Assembly (NCBI GenBank): GCA_046597055.1 | Contig: JBKJLC010000259.1 | Coordinates: 1 to 22,841 of the forward strand | Origin: Kofleriaceae bacterium | GTDB lineage: Bacteria; Myxococcota_A; Polyangia; Haliangiales; Haliangiaceae | Direction of reading: 5' to 3' | DNA length: 22,841 nucleotides | Shown: in pieces, positions 9,085 through 17,581 of the stretch | How positions within the stretch are numbered: the stretch's first letter is position 1 | How the letters are laid out: every line of letters begins with the position of its first letter | Notes under the pieces: generated by a model | What the model saw: the letters and a program-made list of their open reading frames with translations, nothing else | Database searches by the model: none | Told to the model about the DNA's origin: nothing | Position numbers and translations under genes: made by a program

Positions 9085-9672
9085 ATGGCCAGCCAGCGCG
9101 ATGTCCAGCGGGAGGCCACCCGCGCGCAGCTGTTCACGCGGGCGATGGCGCTGTTCGACGAGCGCGGCTACGACGCGGTCAGCATCGACGACATCGTCAA
9201 GGGCGCCCAGGTCGCACGCGGGACCTTCTACTTCCACTTCCCGCGCAAGGACGACATCCTGATCGAGCTGATCCGGCAGAGCGATCGGCACATCGTCGGC
9301 AAGATGGCCGCGGTGAAGCGGGGCCGGCCGCTGCGCGCGGTCCTGCGCGCGACCACCGACGCGTTCGCCGAGGTCTGGCGCGATCATCGGCTGCTGCTGC
9401 CGCACGCCGGCGCGGTCGCGCTGCGCCGCATCGCCGAGGTCCAGGCCGAGCGCGACTCCGAGCCCCTCCGGCTCGAGCTGATCAAGCACGTGGGTCCCGC
9501 GGTCGCGTCGGGCGAGCTGAAGTCGCGGCTGCCGGCCCAGATGCTGGCCGACGTGTTCCTGCTCAACGTGTTCGCGGCGCTGATGGCGTGGGCCTCGACC
9601 GGCGCGCCCGACCTCGAGATCATCATGCCCGCGGTGATCGAGCTGTTCCTGCACGGCGCCGCCGGGCTGTAG
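9085..9672 (+). CDS. TetR/AcrR family transcriptional regulator
   Basis: N-terminal HTH: AMALFDERGYDAVSIDDIVKGAQVARGTFYFHFPRKDDIL. Confidence 0.95.
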   Translation: MASQRDVQREATRAQLFTRAMALFDERGYDAVSIDDIVKGAQVARGTFYFHFPRKDDILIELIRQSDRHIVGKMAAVKRGRPLRAVLRATTDAFAEVWRDHRLLLPHAGAVALRRIAEVQAERDSEPLRLELIKHVGPAVASGELKSRLPAQMLADVFLLNVFAALMAWASTGAPDLEIIMPAVIELFLHGAAGL

Positions 9673-9690
9673 GCCCCGGCCGCCCTGCGG

Positions 9691-10611
9691 TCAGGCCGCG
9701 AGCGGCAGCGCGACCGCGAACGGCCGGTCGAGATCGACGTCGTCGCCGGCCGGGTCGATGGTCCCGGCCGGCAGCACCCGGGCCAGCGCGGCGGTGGCCG
9801 CGTCGGCATCGCGATCGGTGGCGTCGAGGACCGCGCCGGCCGCGTTGATCACCACCACGGAGGCCTCGATCGCCGCGGCGAGGTGGGTGGCGAAGTCGCC
9901 CCAGCCGCCGTGCAGGTAGCGCGGGCGGGCCTGCTCCTTGGCGGCCGCCGGCGCGATCCGGCGACCGATCGGCGAGCCGAGCAGCCACGTATGCGCGCGG
10001 TAGCCGCGCCCGAGCCGGGTCAGCTCGGCGGCCGACGGCGCCTTGCCGAACGCGCGCTGGAACGCCTCGCGGATCGGCGGTCCCAGGTCGGGCAGGTCGA
10101 GCTCGCCGGCGTGGTGCAGCGTGAGGTAGCGGGCGATCGCGGGCCGACCCATCAGGTCGCGGCCGAGGTACCCCTCGTGGAAGCAGATCGACTGGAACTT
10201 CTCGACCTCGCGGTGCGACGAGCCGTGGTCGCCGTGGGGATGCCGGCGGGCCAGCGCGTTCACCAGCGGGTGCAGCGCGCGGTCGATCGCCAGGTGCGAG
10301 GCGAGCCCGAGCGCGATCGCGCCGAGGGTGTCGTCGCGGCGGTCGCGGGCTGCCGCGAGCACGCCGGCCAGCAGGTCGATCGCGCCGCCCTCGTGCAGGA
10401 TCGCACCCCACGGCGACGACCGGGCCGGGCGGTGCAGGGCGTAGCGCACCACCTCACCCGCGTAGTGATCGAAGTAGGGCAGGTCGACCAGGAGCGCGCC
10501 GAGCCGGGCGCCCTCTTCGCGCCGGATCACGCGGCGACGGACGCTGGCATCGAGGCGCGGCGAGGCCATCGCCTCGCGCAGCGCGGTGAGATGGACGCCT
10601 TCGGCCGGCAT
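9691..10611 (-). CDS. Zinc-dependent phospholipase C family protein
   Basis: N-terminal MP-x-x-x-x-H, G-x-x-x-x-D-L-P-Y, LH, SHLAIDRALHPLVN (H-x-x-x-D-x-x-x-HP) and HREVE are the metal-ligand pattern of the Zn_dep_PLPC family. Confidence 0.75.
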   Translation of the reverse strand: MPAEGVHLTALREAMASPRLDASVRRRVIRREEGARLGALLVDLPYFDHYAGEVVRYALHRPARSSPWGAILHEGGAIDLLAGVLAAARDRRDDTLGAIALGLASHLAIDRALHPLVNALARRHPHGDHGSSHREVEKFQSICFHEGYLGRDLMGRPAIARYLTLHHAGELDLPDLGPPIREAFQRAFGKAPSAAELTRLGRGYRAHTWLLGSPIGRRIAPAAAKEQARPRYLHGGWGDFATHLAAAIEASVVVINAAGAVLDATDRDADAATAALARVLPAGTIDPAGDDVDLDRPFAVALPLAA

Positions 10612-10687
10612 CCGGGGGAGATAGCACGGGGCCAGGCCTCACAGCAGGCTTCGCGACGGGCGGCACCGGTGCTACAAGCGAGCGGCC

Positions 10688-10945
10688 ATGAGCCATCACC
10701 CCACGACCTTCACCGGCAACGTCAGCGACGCGATCCGCACGGCCGTCCTCACCCGGCTCCCCGACGCACTGGTCGAGGTCCACGGCGGTGGCGGCCACTG
10801 GTCGATCGTCGTCACCTCGACCGAGTTCGCCGGCAAGTCGGTGATCGACGCACACCGCATGGTGCTGCAGGTGATCGCGCCGCTGATGGCGGGCGAGGGC
10901 GCGCCGGTCCACGCCGTCGACAAGCTGGAGACCCGGACCCCGTGA
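10688..10945 (+). CDS. BolA/IbaG family protein
   Basis: 85 aa with GGGHWSIVVTSTEFAGKSVIDAHRMV...VHA (F-x-G...H-R-x-V and HA motifs). Confidence 0.9.
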   Translation: MSHHPTTFTGNVSDAIRTAVLTRLPDALVEVHGGGGHWSIVVTSTEFAGKSVIDAHRMVLQVIAPLMAGEGAPVHAVDKLETRTP

Positions 10946-10949
10946 GCTG

Positions 10950-11261
10950 ATGGCGCCCAGGCGACCCGAACGCACCGAGCGCCGCACCCGCGAGCGGGCC
11001 GCGCGCCGGCTGGTCCTCGACCGCGAGCGGCTGTGGGCGCTGTCGCCGGGCGGCTCGGCGGCGCACCCGATCGCGATCGACTCGACCGCGGTGATCGAGT
11101 CGCGGGTCGGCTCGATGCGCTGCCCGCAGTGCGAGGGCAGCTACACGCTCGACGACCACCAGGCACCGCGCAGCGGCGAGCGCCGGGTGTCGGTGCGCTG
11201 CCGGATCTGCCACGTGGCGCGCACCGTGTGGTTCCGGATCGGCTCGTCGGCGCCGAGCTGA
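10950..11261 (+). CDS. Small zinc-ribbon protein (hypothetical)
   Basis: CPQC...CRIC cysteine pairs and an Arg-rich N-terminal helix. Starts 4 nt after the BolA stop. Confidence 0.7.
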   Translation: MAPRRPERTERRTRERAARRLVLDRERLWALSPGGSAAHPIAIDSTAVIESRVGSMRCPQCEGSYTLDDHQAPRSGERRVSVRCRICHVARTVWFRIGSSAPS

Positions 11262-11264
11262 CGG

Positions 11265-11546
11265 CTACTTCGTGGCGGCGGGCGGGGGCGGCGGCGTCCA
11301 GGGCGCGCCCATGTAGACGTCGCCCTTCTCCAGCTCCTCGAGCAGCTGGGTCAGACGCTTGCGCTTGGTGTCCTGCAGCTTCGCGCTGTTGACCCACTCC
11401 AGGTAGTCCTTCTGCTGGTAGTCGGGCCGAGCCCGGTACGCGTCCAGCAGGTTGCGCGTGGCGAGCGCGCTCTTCATGAACCCCGGCATCGCCTTGGTGG
11501 GAGGGGCCAGGCCGGCCTTGCCCCCCTGGTTCTTGTTCATCGTCAT
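11265..11546 (-). CDS. YdeI/OmpD-associated family protein
   Basis: MP-x-x-M-x-x-AL...AY-x-ARPDYQQKDYLEWVNSAK...TK-x-KRL-x-QLLEELE-x-G-x-x-YM. Start reassigned to ATG 11546 (or 11540). Confidence 0.85.
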   Translation of the reverse strand: MTMNKNQGGKAGLAPPTKAMPGFMKSALATRNLLDAYRARPDYQQKDYLEWVNSAKLQDTKRKRLTQLLEELEKGDVYMGAPWTPPPPPAATK

Positions 11547-11615
11547 CGGAACGTTGAGTACCACGAGCCTCGCATCCTGGCGCGTCGCGATCGTGGTACA
11601 TGCCGGCGCTCGATC

Positions 11616-12272
11616 GTGAGTCGCCGCGACAACACGGCCCTGCGCTGTCCTCGCTGCCGGATGCTCGGCGGCCTGTGCGTGTGCGCGCTCCTGCCCGACC
11701 CGCCGCTGGCGACCCGGACCCGGCTGGTGCTGTTCATCCACCGCTACGAGCTGCGCAAGCCGACCAACACCGGCAACCTGGCGGCCGAGTGCCTGGCCGG
11801 CAGCGAGGTGGTGGTGCGCGGCCACGAGGATCAGCCGACCCCGCCGTGGGTGGCGCCGCCGGGCACGCGCCCGCTGCTGCTGTTCCCGAGCGACGACGCG
11901 GTCCCGCTCGACCAGCTGCCACCGTCGCCCGACCCGGCGATCCTGATCGTCCCCGACGGCACCTGGCGCCAGGCCCAGCGGGTGCGCAGCCGCGTGCCCG
12001 GCCTGCGCGACGTGCCGTGCGTCGTGCTGCCGCCCGGCGAGGCTTCGAGCTACCGCCTGCGCCACGAGCCTCGCGACGGCGGCCTCGCCACCATGGAGGC
12101 GATCGCGCGCGCGTTCGGGATCCTCGAGGGTCCCCACGTCCGCGCCGCGCTCGAGCACGTCTTCCACGCCATGGTCGATCGCACCCTGTGGTCGCGCGGC
12201 ACCCTGGCCGCTGCCGACGTCACCGGCGGCATCCCGGCCGGCGTCGAGCGGCACGACCCGCGCCGCGGCTGA
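11616..12272 (+). CDS. DTW-domain tRNA-uridine aminocarboxypropyltransferase (TapT/YfiP-like)
   Basis: RCPRC...CVC N-terminus, H-x-x-E-x-x-KPTNTG, LLFP, DGTWRQA (DTW motif), YRLR, LATMEA. Confidence 0.93.
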   Translation: MSRRDNTALRCPRCRMLGGLCVCALLPDPPLATRTRLVLFIHRYELRKPTNTGNLAAECLAGSEVVVRGHEDQPTPPWVAPPGTRPLLLFPSDDAVPLDQLPPSPDPAILIVPDGTWRQAQRVRSRVPGLRDVPCVVLPPGEASSYRLRHEPRDGGLATMEAIARAFGILEGPHVRAALEHVFHAMVDRTLWSRGTLAAADVTGGIPAGVERHDPRRG

Positions 12273-12286
12273 CCGGCGCCGGCCGG

Positions 12287-12727
12287 TCAGGCCTTCATGA
12301 TCTCGTCGTAGCGGCGCTGCATCTCGGCCGGCGTGACGTCCTCGATCAAGTGGCCGACCAGCCACTCGTGGCCAAACGGATCGCGCACGGTGCCGGAGCG
12401 CTCGCCGTAGAACGCGTCGGATGCGGGCCGCACCAGCGTGCCGCCCTGGTCGACCGCGCGGGCCAGCATGGCATCGCAATCGTCGACGTGGAGGTGGATC
12501 GACATCGAGGTGCCACCGAGTGACTCTGGTCCGATGAGGCCCAGCTCGGGGTACTCCTCCGACAGCATCACGGTGGTGGTGCCGAAGTTCAGCTCGGCGT
12601 GGCCGATGCGGCCGCCCGGCTCGGTCAGTCGGAACTTCTCGGTCGCGCCGAACGCGTCGCCGTAGTAGGCGATGGCGCGGCCGGCGTCCTTGACGCGGAG
12701 GTACGCGAACACTTCGTGGATCGACAT
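12287..12727 (-). CDS. VOC/glyoxalase family protein (PhnB-like)
   Basis: YLRVKDAGRAIAYYGDAFGA...HAEL...LHVDDCDA...FYGERSGTVRDPFGHEW. Start reassigned to ATG 12727. Confidence 0.93.
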   Translation of the reverse strand: MSIHEVFAYLRVKDAGRAIAYYGDAFGATEKFRLTEPGGRIGHAELNFGTTTVMLSEEYPELGLIGPESLGGTSMSIHLHVDDCDAMLARAVDQGGTLVRPASDAFYGERSGTVRDPFGHEWLVGHLIEDVTPAEMQRRYDEIMKA

Positions 12728-12731
12728 GTCG

Positions 12732-13601
12732 TCACCGTGCCTGACGGTCGCCGCTGCGTCTTGCAGGAATCTGACCCGGGTCGTGCAAGATCGGCAGGTG
12801 GTGGGCCTCGCGGACCGAGGACGCGCGGTACTGGCCGGGCGCGACGCCGGCAAAGGCGCGGAACTCGCGCACGAAGTGGGGCTGATCGGCGTAGCCAGCG
12901 TGGCCCGCGACCTCGGCCCACGGGATCGCGGGCCGGCCGGCCAGCACGGCAAGCACGCGGCCGAAGCGCAGCACGCGGCCGTAGACCTTGGGCGTCAGGC
13001 CCACCGCGTCGCGGAACAGCGCGATGAAGTGGCGGTGGCTGTAGCCGCTGGCGTCGACCGCGTCGCCGACCGCACCGCCGTCGGCGAAGCAGGCCAGCGC
13101 GGTCGCGACCGCGGGATGGATGCCGCGCACCGTCGGCAGCCGGGCCCGCAGCTCGCGCTCGAGCGCCTCGAGGCGCGCCGCCGGTCCGCGCGCGGTCATG
13201 ATCCGGGCCCGGGCCTCCTCCGCGCCGGGGCCCCACAGCTCGTCGAGGGCGACATGGCGATCGGCGAGGTCGGCCGCCGGCAGGCCGAACAGGAGCGGCG
13301 CCACCCCGGGGTGGAGCATCGCGCCCACGCTGTCGGCCGGTCGGGCCACGTCGCGGACGTAGTAGCTCGCGCGGGGCCCGCCCACCAGGGCGCACCCGAT
13401 CGTGCGTCCCAGCCGATCGTCGACGTCGTCGAACACGCGCAGCGGATCGCCGTCACCGCGGAACACCACGTGGACCGTGCCGGTCGGAAGCACCCGCTCG
13501 CGCGCGACGCCCGCGATGGCCGCGTCACCGGCCGCACCCGACGATGTCCACACCGCGCTCACGAACGGGCGCAGCGCCGGGTGCGGAGGCCGGGTCAGCA
13601 T
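12732..13601 (-). CDS. AraC family transcriptional regulator (DUF6597-type N-terminus)
   Basis: P-x-P-x-LRPFV-x-x-x-W...ERVLP-x-G N-terminus. C-terminal double HTH: SGYSHRHFIALFRDAVGLTPK...WAEVAGHAGYADQPHFVREFRAFAGVAP. Start reassigned to ATG 13601. Confidence 0.92.
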   Translation of the reverse strand: MLTRPPHPALRPFVSAVWTSSGAAGDAAIAGVARERVLPTGTVHVVFRGDGDPLRVFDDVDDRLGRTIGCALVGGPRASYYVRDVARPADSVGAMLHPGVAPLLFGLPAADLADRHVALDELWGPGAEEARARIMTARGPAARLEALERELRARLPTVRGIHPAVATALACFADGGAVGDAVDASGYSHRHFIALFRDAVGLTPKVYGRVLRFGRVLAVLAGRPAIPWAEVAGHAGYADQPHFVREFRAFAGVAPGQYRASSVREAHHLPILHDPGQIPARRSGDRQAR

Positions 13602-13714
13602 GACGCCCGAGGGTAGCGCAGCGCCGACCTCCGGGCGATTGCGGCGAGAGGGCGCAGGCGTCACGTGGCAGCCCACGACCTCGCGCTGGATCAGGTCGGA
13701 CCCGGGGTCCGCGG

Positions 13715-14809
13715 TCAGCCCGGGCGCAGGTCGAAGTAGTCGCTCATCGCCTGGCGGCCGGCGTCGATCAGCGCGCGCCGGCGCGGCTCGCTCATGCCGA
13801 ACTCGAGCGCGCTGTAGCTGCGGGCCGGCAGCCGGCAGATCTCGCCCATCGCCATGCACGCCTCGATCACGGCGCGATCGTGCGAGTTCAGGATCGTCTC
13901 GACGATGCGCTGCACGCGGCGCAGCGGCTTGAGCTGGAGGAACCCGGCGAGCGCGCCGCGGACGTCGGGCATCGCGCCCGCCACCGGCAGGCTCTCGTCG
14001 ATGAGGAGCCCGAGGTTGGGCACGCCGGTCGGCCCGGCGTCGCCCATCATCTCCAGCACGTCGGCGAGCCGCGACGCCAGCAGGTGGATCGGGAAGTTCG
14101 ACAGCACGCCGCCGTCGATCAGCACGTGGCCGGTGAGATCGCGGCCGCGGTACGCGCCCCAGCCGCGCTCCCAGACCACCTCCTGGAACACCAGCGGGAT
14201 CGACATCGAGGCGCGCACCGCCCACACCACCGGGCACGCCGGCGCGGTGCGGGCGTTGAGCACCAGCATCTCGCCGCTGGTGGTGTCGGACACTGTGATC
14301 GACAGATCGCGGCCGGTCACGCGCGCGAAGTCGGCGAAGGTCGCGGTGCCCATCCCGCGGTGGCGGGCCTCGAGCTTGGCGCCCAGCCAGCTGCGCATGC
14401 GATCGCCGGCGAACGGACCGCCCTTCTCGAGCAGCGAGAACAGCATCCGGAAGCCGCTCACCGCCATCAGGCCCGCGACCAGGCCGCGCTCGATGCGGGC
14501 CTCGGTGCTGGCCGGCACCAGCGGCAGATCGACCGCGTCGAGCAGCTGCTGCAAGGTCGAGGTCCGGACCTCCTCGGGGTCGAACTGGGCCGGCACGTCG
14601 AGGAAGTCCGACATCCCGGTGATCTCGCCATGGGCGCGCTCGAGCTCGTCGGCGCGATAGCCGGCCGCGACCAGCGTCGCCACCACCGCGCCGGCCGAGG
14701 TGCCGACGAACCGGCGCGCGGTGTGGCCGCGCCGCTCGAACTCGATCAGCGCGCCGACGAAGGCAGCGCCCTTCGCGCCGCCGCCCTCGAACGCCACGTC
14801 GAACTCCAT
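13715..14809 (-). CDS. Patatin-like phospholipase
   Basis: GGGAKG oxyanion motif, GTSAG nucleophile elbow, ASMSIP and DGGVLSNFP catalytic Asp. Confidence 0.93.
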   Translation of the reverse strand: MEFDVAFEGGGAKGAAFVGALIEFERRGHTARRFVGTSAGAVVATLVAAGYRADELERAHGEITGMSDFLDVPAQFDPEEVRTSTLQQLLDAVDLPLVPASTEARIERGLVAGLMAVSGFRMLFSLLEKGGPFAGDRMRSWLGAKLEARHRGMGTATFADFARVTGRDLSITVSDTTSGEMLVLNARTAPACPVVWAVRASMSIPLVFQEVVWERGWGAYRGRDLTGHVLIDGGVLSNFPIHLLASRLADVLEMMGDAGPTGVPNLGLLIDESLPVAGAMPDVRGALAGFLQLKPLRRVQRIVETILNSHDRAVIEACMAMGEICRLPARSYSALEFGMSEPRRRALIDAGRQAMSDYFDLRPG

Positions 14810-14845
14810 GGCCCATTGTGGCCCGAACCGGCACGACCGTGCGGA

Positions 14846-16063
14846 TCAGGTCCGCTCGATCAAGGTGGCCACGCCCAGCCCGGCGGCGCCGCTGACCGCG
14901 GCGATGCCGTAGCGGCCGCCGGTGCGCTCGAGCTCGTCGACGGCGTTGGCCAGCAGGATGGCGCCGGTGGCGCCGAACGCGTGGCCGAGCGCGATGGTGC
15001 CGCCGCCCGGGTTGAGCCGGGCCGGGTCGAGCCCGAGATCGCGGCGCAGGCGCACGCACAGCGCGGCGAACGCCTCGGCGAACTCGTAGACCGCGATGTC
15101 GTCTGCGGCGAGCCCGGCCCGCGCGAGCACGGCCACGATCGCGTCCTGGCCGGCGGTGAGCATCGTCACCGGGTCGCCGGCGCAGGTCGCGGTGGCGACG
15201 ATGCGCGCGCGCGGCGCCAGGCCGGTGCGCGCGGCTGCGTCGGCGTCGCCGATCACGACGAGGGCAGCGGCGTCGGCCAGGCTCGGCGAGCTGGCCCGGG
15301 TGTGCAGGTGGCGCACCCCACCCGTGGCCAGCGCCGGGTGGCGCGCGATCGCGACCGCGTCCTGGCCGGCGGCGCCCAGCGCGGCGAACGCCGGGGGCAG
15401 CGCGGCCAGCTCGGCCGCGGTCGGCGCCCAGTCGATCAGCTCGTCGCGGTCGAGCAGCACCTCGCCGTCGCGACCGCGGACCGGCACCACCGAGCGGGCC
15501 GCCCGACCGTCGAGCCAGGCCGCGCGGGCCCGCGCGCGGGTGGTGAGCGCGTAGGCGTCGAGCGCCTCGCGCGGCGTGTCGTCGAGAGTGGCGACCAGAT
15601 CGGCGGCGACGCCCATGTGGATGCCGCCGGCCGCGGCGCGCACGGCCGGATCGGTCCACAGCGGCCCACCGTCCGAGAACATCGGCACCCGCGACACCGA
15701 CTCGACGCCGCCCGCGAGCGCGAGGCCCAGGTCACCGGCTCGCACCCGCGCGGCCGCGAGGTTCACCGCGTCGAGGCCTGACGCGCAGAACCGGTTGATC
15801 ATCACGCCGGGCGTGCGCGGGTCGAGCCCGGCGACCAGCGCGGCGGTGCGCGCCAGGTTGCCGCCTTGCTCGCCGGTCTGGCTGGCGCAACCGAGCACGA
15901 GGTCGTCGACCGCGTCGGCGGGCAGCCCGCGCGCGCGCAGCGCGTCGATCAGCCCGACCACCAGCGCCAGCGGGGTCACGCCAGCCAGCGCGCCGCGCGC
16001 CGAGCCCTTGCTGCGCGGGGTGCGTACGGTCGCCAGCACGAACGAATCGCGGATCGACGTCAT
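14846..16063 (-). CDS. Thiolase (acetyl-CoA C-acyltransferase) family protein with non-canonical active site
   Basis: VRTPR, INRFCASG (nucleophilic Cys), GGVES and NPGGGTIALGHAFGATG are present. NEAF is AEAF and C-x-G-G-G is VSGAAG. Start reassigned to ATG 16063. Confidence 0.9.
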   Translation of the reverse strand: MTSIRDSFVLATVRTPRSKGSARGALAGVTPLALVVGLIDALRARGLPADAVDDLVLGCASQTGEQGGNLARTAALVAGLDPRTPGVMINRFCASGLDAVNLAAARVRAGDLGLALAGGVESVSRVPMFSDGGPLWTDPAVRAAAGGIHMGVAADLVATLDDTPREALDAYALTTRARARAAWLDGRAARSVVPVRGRDGEVLLDRDELIDWAPTAAELAALPPAFAALGAAGQDAVAIARHPALATGGVRHLHTRASSPSLADAAALVVIGDADAAARTGLAPRARIVATATCAGDPVTMLTAGQDAIVAVLARAGLAADDIAVYEFAEAFAALCVRLRRDLGLDPARLNPGGGTIALGHAFGATGAILLANAVDELERTGGRYGIAAVSGAAGLGVATLIERT

Positions 16064-16219
16064 GGGGCCTCGCTCCTGGTGGGCTCGTGCAGGTCCGTCA
16101 CTCCCGGCCCGTCTCGACGCTGCCCGGCCGGGAGTGGCCGTCATCGTCGGGGGCGCTCATTATTCAGCGTGACCTGTCGGCGTGGGCCGGTATACGGTTG
16201 GCGACGGGGGAGATAAGCC

Positions 16220-17464
16220 ATGGTCGAGCCAGGACGCGTCGCACGCGGTCAGGTGGTCGAAGGGAAGTACCAGCTGGTGGCGCTGGTCGCCAAGGGCGAG
16301 CACGGCGAGCTCTGGCGCGGCGAGCTGCGCGGGGCCGGCGGCTTCGCGCGGCCGGTGGCAATCAAGGTGGTGCCGGAGGAGCGGGTCCGCGAGCGCCTCG
16401 ATGCCGCCCGGTTCCTCGCGCGGGTCCGCCGCAGCGCGGTGCTCGACCACGCCAACATCGTGCAGGTCAATGACTTCGCGCGCGATCGAGCCGGTCACTA
16501 TCACATCGTGATGCCGTGGGTCGATGGCCTGTCCCTGCGCGAGCTGGTCCGCGGGATCGAGCGGCTCGGCCTGCGCACGCCGTGGCCGGTCGCGGTCGCG
16601 ATCGGGGTCGGCGTGCTGCGCGGGCTGGCGTCGGCGCACGCGCACGTCGATGTCGACGGCGATCCCGATCCGGTGCTGCACGGCGAGCTGTCGCCCGACC
16701 GGATCCTGATCGGGATCAACGGCATCGCCCGGCTCGGCGGCTACGGCCTGCTCGGCGCGACCCGCGCGGGGCAGGCGGCCGCGGCCGACGTGCGCGGGTA
16801 CCAGGCGCCCGAGGTCGCGCAGCACGCGGCGTGGTACGTGGCCGCCGACGTGTTCGGCGTCGGGGCGGTGCTGTGGGAGGCGCTGGCGGGCCGGCCGCCG
16901 TTCGGCGATGCCCGGGCTGCCGACGGGTTCCGGGCCGGGACCGCCACGCTGCCGTCGCTGGGGCGGGTGCGCCCCGGGTTGCCGTCGCGCCTGGTCGCGG
17001 CGATCGATCGTGCGGTCAGGCTGCGCGCCGTGGACCGGTTCGCCACCGCCGATGACATGGCCGGCGAGCTCGCGGCGCTGCTCGCCGGGGTCGGCTGGCA
17101 GCGCGGGCCCCAGGCCGATCTCGGCGGTGCGGTGTGCGAGGCCCGGGCCGCGCTCGGTCGCGCGTCGCCGGGGAGCGACAGCGCCGACCTGTTCGAGATC
17201 GCGCCGGCCGACATCATCGGCGTGGTCGAGGTGCCCGAGGGCCATCCCGGCAACCCGATCTTGCTCAACCACCTCGCCGCCGAGCCGCTGTCCGACGACG
17301 ATCTGCTGGCGGTGGACGACGGCGTCGTCGTGGGCGAGGTCGTCGACAGCGATGCCGAGACCGGTGACTACCCGGTCGCTGCGCCCGACGCCGACGAGCC
17401 GATCGAGCTGGTGGTGCGGGCCGGCGCCCGCGCTGCCACGCCCGCGCAGGGCGCGCAGGTCTGA
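16220..17464 (+). CDS. Hanks-type Ser/Thr kinase-like protein, probable pseudokinase, with acidic C-terminal tail
   Basis: VAIK, LDHANIVQV, GYQAPE and ADVFGVGAVLWEAL-x-G-x-x-PF are present. The catalytic loop reads HGELSPDRIL and the DFG position reads GYG. SD-like GGGGGAG upstream. Confidence 0.85.
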   Translation: MVEPGRVARGQVVEGKYQLVALVAKGEHGELWRGELRGAGGFARPVAIKVVPEERVRERLDAARFLARVRRSAVLDHANIVQVNDFARDRAGHYHIVMPWVDGLSLRELVRGIERLGLRTPWPVAVAIGVGVLRGLASAHAHVDVDGDPDPVLHGELSPDRILIGINGIARLGGYGLLGATRAGQAAAADVRGYQAPEVAQHAAWYVAADVFGVGAVLWEALAGRPPFGDARAADGFRAGTATLPSLGRVRPGLPSRLVAAIDRAVRLRAVDRFATADDMAGELAALLAGVGWQRGPQADLGGAVCEARAALGRASPGSDSADLFEIAPADIIGVVEVPEGHPGNPILLNHLAAEPLSDDDLLAVDDGVVVGEVVDSDAETGDYPVAAPDADEPIELVVRAGARAATPAQGAQV

Positions 17465-17581
17465 CCCGCGGCGGGCGCGCGCGTCACGATCCGACCCCCA
17501 GCGAGCGGAGCGAAGCGGTCAACAATGACGCCGGGGTCCGGGGTCACGAGTCAGGTGCGAGGTCTGCCTTCTGCCGGAGCG

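Noticed and set aside
13697..13711. Palindrome CGGACCC-G-GGGTCCG after the patatin stop
   Set aside because: Short, GC-only arms with no U-tract. Plausibly chance at this GC content.
13715..14809. Patatin as a CBASS/CapV-type antiphage effector
   Set aside because: No nucleotide cyclase or other defence gene is adjacent, and its neighbours are metabolic or regulatory.
12732..15659. 975-aa ORF as a giant AraC fusion (likewise the extended ORFs 7016-9070, 11265-12479, 17582-20062, 21088-22806)
   Set aside because: The N-terminal extensions are off-frame or antisense read-through across neighbouring real genes. Only the C-terminal parts carry domains.
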